Source: a virus (taxonomy: Duplodnaviria; Caudoviricetes). Taken from it: 49,127 nt of DNA. The position numbers were made by a program, and so were the translations under genes. Positions within the stretch are counted from its first letter, which is position 1. Every line of letters starts with the position of its first letter. Where the stretch lies: the IMG/VR virus record IMGVR_UViG_3300032335_000765, positions 1 to 49,127 of that record, one strand, 5' to 3'. Below the pieces are notes generated by a model, which searched no databases, was not told the origin of the DNA, and worked only from the letters and a program-made list of their open reading frames with translations. Below, piece after piece: positions 46,009-49,127 of the stretch.

Positions 46009-46520
46009 GAACGTGGGATGAGAACAAGACCGCGATCAACCAACTCTGGCCCAGCCACGAGTGGAGCGTCGAAGAGGCGAAGCTCGTGCGGGAAGATCTC
46101 TCCCCGCTCGATCAGCCGACGCTCTATGACGCGATCCGCAACGCCAAGCGGAAGCACGACACCCCGTTCGTGCATCTCAAGTGGCTGCTCGATGAGTATC
46201 GGGAACTGGCTTCGGCCAAGCGTCACGCGTTGAAAGCGACCAAGCCGACAGACCCGAAGCTCCAGATCAGCATTGATGACGATCTCGACCGCAAGCTGTC
46301 GGCGGATTTCGTCGCGTGGATCGACGGGTGCGAGCCCGGTGACTTCGGCGATGTCGAGGCGAAGGTGCTCGACAAACTTCCGCAGATGCACTCGCTCTCG
46401 GCTCTCAAGGTTCTGGGTTACGCACGGTCGCGATTGCTGGGGCAAGAGACCCAGTTCGGCCGGATCACAAAGTCGGGCGACATCGAGCCCGTTCGAGTTC
46501 TTCGCAAGGAGGTGACATGA
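46005..46520 (+). CDS. Hypothetical protein (possible replication accessory)
   Basis: AGGAGG RBS; follows initiator. Confidence 0.65.
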   Translation: MRTWDENKTAINQLWPSHEWSVEEAKLVREDLSPLDQPTLYDAIRNAKRKHDTPFVHLKWLLDEYRELASAKRHALKATKPTDPKLQISIDDDLDRKLSADFVAWIDGCEPGDFGDVEAKVLDKLPQMHSLSALKVLGYARSRLLGQETQFGRITKSGDIEPVRVLRKEVT

Positions 46521-46753
46521 AGACGATGGAACGTCCGCCGCTGACAAAGCGGCAGAAAGCGGTCTACCGCTGGATCTCGAATACCTACGCGGAGCGAGGC
46601 TACGGCATCGGCGTTCGCGAGATCGGCGAAGCGTTTGGGTGGGCGTCGCCTTCGGCGGCGTACTGCCATCTCGCCGCCCTGGAGAAGCGGGGCTTCGTGA
46701 CGCGTGCGCCCGGTCGGGCGAACAGCATCGTGCCGATCGGGGGTGACGCATGA
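46517..46753 (+). CDS. LexA-type DNA-binding domain protein (no peptidase domain)
   Basis: LTKRQKAVY...VREIGEAFGWASPS...HLAALEKRGF. Confidence 0.85.
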   Translation: MKTMERPPLTKRQKAVYRWISNTYAERGYGIGVREIGEAFGWASPSAAYCHLAALEKRGFVTRAPGRANSIVPIGGDA

Positions 46754-47007
46754 AACGCCGCCCCCTCGCTTCCTCGGTGGTCGCCAATCTCTGCGAGGCT
46801 CACTCGTGGGATGATGATCTTTCCGACGGTGCCCGCCGAGCCTTGGAGCTCGCCCACCACCACATCCGACGGCTCGCGGCCCGAGCCTCGCGGTGTGCGA
46901 TGCGGGCCGAGCACTTCGAGGCGAAGTGCGAGCGGCTCGAAGAAGACAACCGCCGGATGGCGAAGTACCTCCAATCCCTGCTCAAGCAGCAAGGCGGTGC
47001 CGCATGA
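46750..47007 (+). CDS. Hypothetical protein
   Basis: ATGA overlaps. Confidence 0.6.
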   Translation: MKRRPLASSVVANLCEAHSWDDDLSDGARRALELAHHHIRRLAARASRCAMRAEHFEAKCERLEEDNRRMAKYLQSLLKQQGGAA

Positions 47008-47207
47008 CGATCGAACAACTCACGCTTGTGTGCGTGGGCGTGTTGGTGAATGGATTGACCTTTGCCCTCGGGCTTCTCTCGGGGGCTTCCCTGCGACGAA
47101 AGGATTCGACAAATGACCGCGACCGCAACCAAGCCCGCCAAGCCTCGCAAGACCCGAACTGGTGGCATCGCCCTCAACGCCGCGACGCTCGCCCGAGCGA
47201 TTCGTGA
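47004..47207 (+). CDS. Small membrane protein
   Basis: N-terminal TM; tail overlaps dnaN. Confidence 0.5.
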   Translation: MTIEQLTLVCVGVLVNGLTFALGLLSGASLRRKDSTNDRDRNQARQASQDPNWWHRPQRRDARPSDS

Positions 47208-48294
47208 AGTTGAGCCAGCGGTGCCCAGCCGCAGCCCGAAGCCGGTGCTCCAGAATGTGCTGCTCGCCGATGGGCACCTGACCGGCACCGACCTCGAACT
47301 GCGGATCTCGGTGCCGCTGCCCGAGGCGACCGGCCCGGCGATGCTCCTGCCGTTCGCCCGGCTGAAGGCGATCGTCTCGACCCTGCACCCGACCGACGCG
47401 GTGACGATCACCGCCGACGGCACGAAGTGCAAGATCGAAGCTCGCGGCGGCGAGTGGACGATCCCCGTGGAGGATGCCGCCGAGTTCCCGGCCGCGACGG
47501 CGACCAGCGGCACGAGCATCGGTCGGCTCCCAGCGGATCAGTTGGTGAGCCTCGTGAATGCGGTGCGGTTCTCGACCGACACCGAGAGCAGCCGCTACGC
47601 CCTCGGGGCGGTGTGCGTGGAGTTCCAGCGGGGCGCGGCGGATTCCGAGACCGGGCTGATCTCGTTCGTCGCGACTGACGGGCGGCGAATGAGCGTGGCG
47701 GCTGCCGAGGTCGCGAGTCAGGATCTCGACAACTCGCAGACGCTGGTGCCGTCGCGGGCGATCGCCGCCCTGGTGCGGCTCGCGGGCGGGGGCGAGGCGG
47801 TGCAGATGCTCGCGACCGACACCGAGTTCGTCGCGATCGTCGGCACGTATGACGAGGAGACGGGCGTGACGGGCACGACGCTCCATGCCCGGCTGACCGA
47901 GGGCCGGTTCCCCCGGTGGCGTGACGTTGACCAGAAGCACGAGGTGCCCGCGAGCACGGCGGTGATCGGCGATCTTCTCCATGCGATCCGCATGGCGGAA
48001 ATCTGCACGAGCGAGAACAGCAAGAGCGTGACGCTGACGGTGACGCCCGACGGCATCGACCTCACGGCTCAAGCCGCCGAGGCTGGGCAGGCGCAGGTTC
48101 ACTGCGATCTCGTGACGGCGGGGCAGCCGGTGACAGTCAGGATCGACCCGCGATTCGCGTCGCAGTGGCTGGCGTGCGGTTCGTTCGACATGGCCGAGGC
48201 GGTGCGGCTGGAAGCCGTCGATGCTCAGTCGGCGGTGGTGCTGCGGTGCGGCGACCATTGCCGCACGATCATCATGCCGATGGCGGATGAGTGA
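47113..48294 (+). CDS. dnaN: DNA polymerase III beta sliding clamp
   Basis: KPVLQNV, GTDLE, SRYALG, VATDGRRM, EGRFP, IIMPM. Confidence 0.9.
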   Translation: MTATATKPAKPRKTRTGGIALNAATLARAIREVEPAVPSRSPKPVLQNVLLADGHLTGTDLELRISVPLPEATGPAMLLPFARLKAIVSTLHPTDAVTITADGTKCKIEARGGEWTIPVEDAAEFPAATATSGTSIGRLPADQLVSLVNAVRFSTDTESSRYALGAVCVEFQRGAADSETGLISFVATDGRRMSVAAAEVASQDLDNSQTLVPSRAIAALVRLAGGGEAVQMLATDTEFVAIVGTYDEETGVTGTTLHARLTEGRFPRWRDVDQKHEVPASTAVIGDLLHAIRMAEICTSENSKSVTLTVTPDGIDLTAQAAEAGQAQVHCDLVTAGQPVTVRIDPRFASQWLACGSFDMAEAVRLEAVDAQSAVVLRCGDHCRTIIMPMADE

Positions 48295-48363
48295 CCCCGT
48301 GCCGGGCGGCTGGCGGGGGGTGCCCGCCAGCCTGCCCCGGCTCATCCCGAGAGGAGGAACGAG

Positions 48364-48684
48364 ATGGATCTCGCCCGACTGATTGCGTTGTGGGAAGACC
48401 GCACGCTCCGCACCGATGAAGTTGCGGAGCAACTGGGGTGCTCGCTTCAGATGCTCTACAAGCTCGCCGCCAGGCACGGGCTCGGTCGCCGAAAGGGGCC
48501 GCGCAAGAAGCAGCGGTCGAGGGACGATGGCACCGAGATTACGTGGCGTGACCCGACGCCCGATGAGATCGAGCGGCTGAAGGAAGAGTTGTGGCAGCGG
48601 AAGCTCGCCAAGCTGCGGGTCGAGACCCCTCAAGAGACTGCCGATCGTGTGCTGCGAGAGTTCGGGGAGGTCTACGCAGGCTGA
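48364..48684 (+). CDS. HTH-containing hypothetical protein
   Basis: DEVAEQLGCSLQMLYKLA; GGAGG RBS. Confidence 0.7.
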   Translation: MDLARLIALWEDRTLRTDEVAEQLGCSLQMLYKLAARHGLGRRKGPRKKQRSRDDGTEITWRDPTPDEIERLKEELWQRKLAKLRVETPQETADRVLREFGEVYAG

Positions 48685-48830
48685 TGGCTGCGCCGCTGAT
48701 CGCACTCACCGGGATCATCTACGCGGGCGTCTGCCTCGATCTCGCAATGCGGGGACGGTATGACCTCGCGATCGCCTACGCGGGCTACGCGTTCGCGAAT
48801 GTCGGGCTGTACTACGCGGCGAGAACTTGA
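48684..48830 (+). CDS. 48-aa membrane protein
   Basis: LIALTGIIY...YAGYAFANVGL; TGATG coupling. Confidence 0.7.
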   Translation: MAAPLIALTGIIYAGVCLDLAMRGRYDLAIAYAGYAFANVGLYYAART

Positions 48831-48857
48831 CCAGTAGGTGAATGATGAACGGGTCAG

Positions 48858-48906
48858 TGAGAACGCCAGCGATCAGCGGCTCGTCCGCTGCATCGCGTGG
48901 TTCTGT
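48858..48906 (-). other. Integron attC-like site
   Basis: Minus strand: ACAGAAC-CACGC-GATGCAGC-GGACGAGCC-GCTGATC-GCTGGC-GTTCTCA = R''-5-L''(8)-loop-L'(7)-6-R' with one extrahelical base. Confidence 0.7.
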
Positions 48907-48929
48907 GGGTTTAGCAACCGGAGAAAGTG

Positions 48930-49118
48930 ATGGCGAAACTCATCATCGAACGCAACGACAAAGGCGTTTACTGGTACTACGAGTCCGACCGGCAGCACCG
49001 CGTCTGCGAACCGCAGCGGAAAGCCGAAGGGCTGCGGCGAGTCGATTGGAACGATCTGGCCGACGAGTGCGAGATTCAGTCAGGCACCTACATGGTGGTG
49101 CCGATTGTTGAGGTGTAA
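48930..49118 (+). CDS. 62-aa hypothetical protein carried as a putative gene cassette
   Basis: GGAGA RBS; bounded by GTTCTGTGG and CCACAGAAC. Confidence 0.65.
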   Translation: MAKLIIERNDKGVYWYYESDRQHRVCEPQRKAEGLRRVDWNDLADECEIQSGTYMVVPIVEV

Positions 49119-49127
49119 CCACAGAAC

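Larger units (their letters stand above)
1..49127. mobile_element. Near-complete temperate siphovirus genome (excised/circularly permuted form)
   Basis: Full set of packaging, head, tail, integration and replication modules; no host housekeeping context; integrase and attP internal; GAAC at both ends. Confidence 0.93.

Noticed and set aside
48302-48340. Second attC or intrinsic terminator after dnaN
   Set aside because: GC hairpin lacks AAC/GTT boxes and has no U-tract
49124-49127. Terminal repeat as proof of circularity
   Set aside because: A 4-nt overlap alone is not significant; circularity rests on gene completeness and the junction-spanning site

Overview
The window is an essentially complete ~49 kb, GC-rich temperate siphovirus genome with an HK97-type head and lambda-like tail. 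It is linearised in the late-early region, and the last 4 nt (GAAC) repeat the first 4. Gene order: RusA and a methyl/glycosyltransferase cluster; a lysis-position block with a papain-like peptidase and membrane proteins; an unusual pre-terminase block of fibre/lectin-like genes; two HNH genes, terS, terL, extended portal, prohead protease, capsid, neck and tail genes (with the G/GT -1 frameshift and tape measure); a metallophosphoesterase/Nmad1 module; a tyrosine integrase with a tmRNA/tRNA-Ala-like attP; an early region of repeated promoter-operator units; and a replication region (AAA_24 recombinase, SSB-like protein, SF2 helicase, two DNA methyltransferases, DUF1376 initiator with iterons, LexA-like DBD, DnaN). 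Most notable: (1) an integron-type attC site, one-gene cassette and attI-like site at the genome junction, with no IntI encoded; (2) an in-frame CTT-TAG-CTT 'stop-hop' flanked by hairpins upstream of the protease; (3) a C5-MTase whose motif IX lies in a nested alternative frame; (4) a portal fused to HAD and Tudor-like domains; (5) a GGA-rich putative CsrA-sponge RNA behind a poly-C promoter. A Planctomycetota-like host is my impression only. All family calls come from motif recognition, not database searches.
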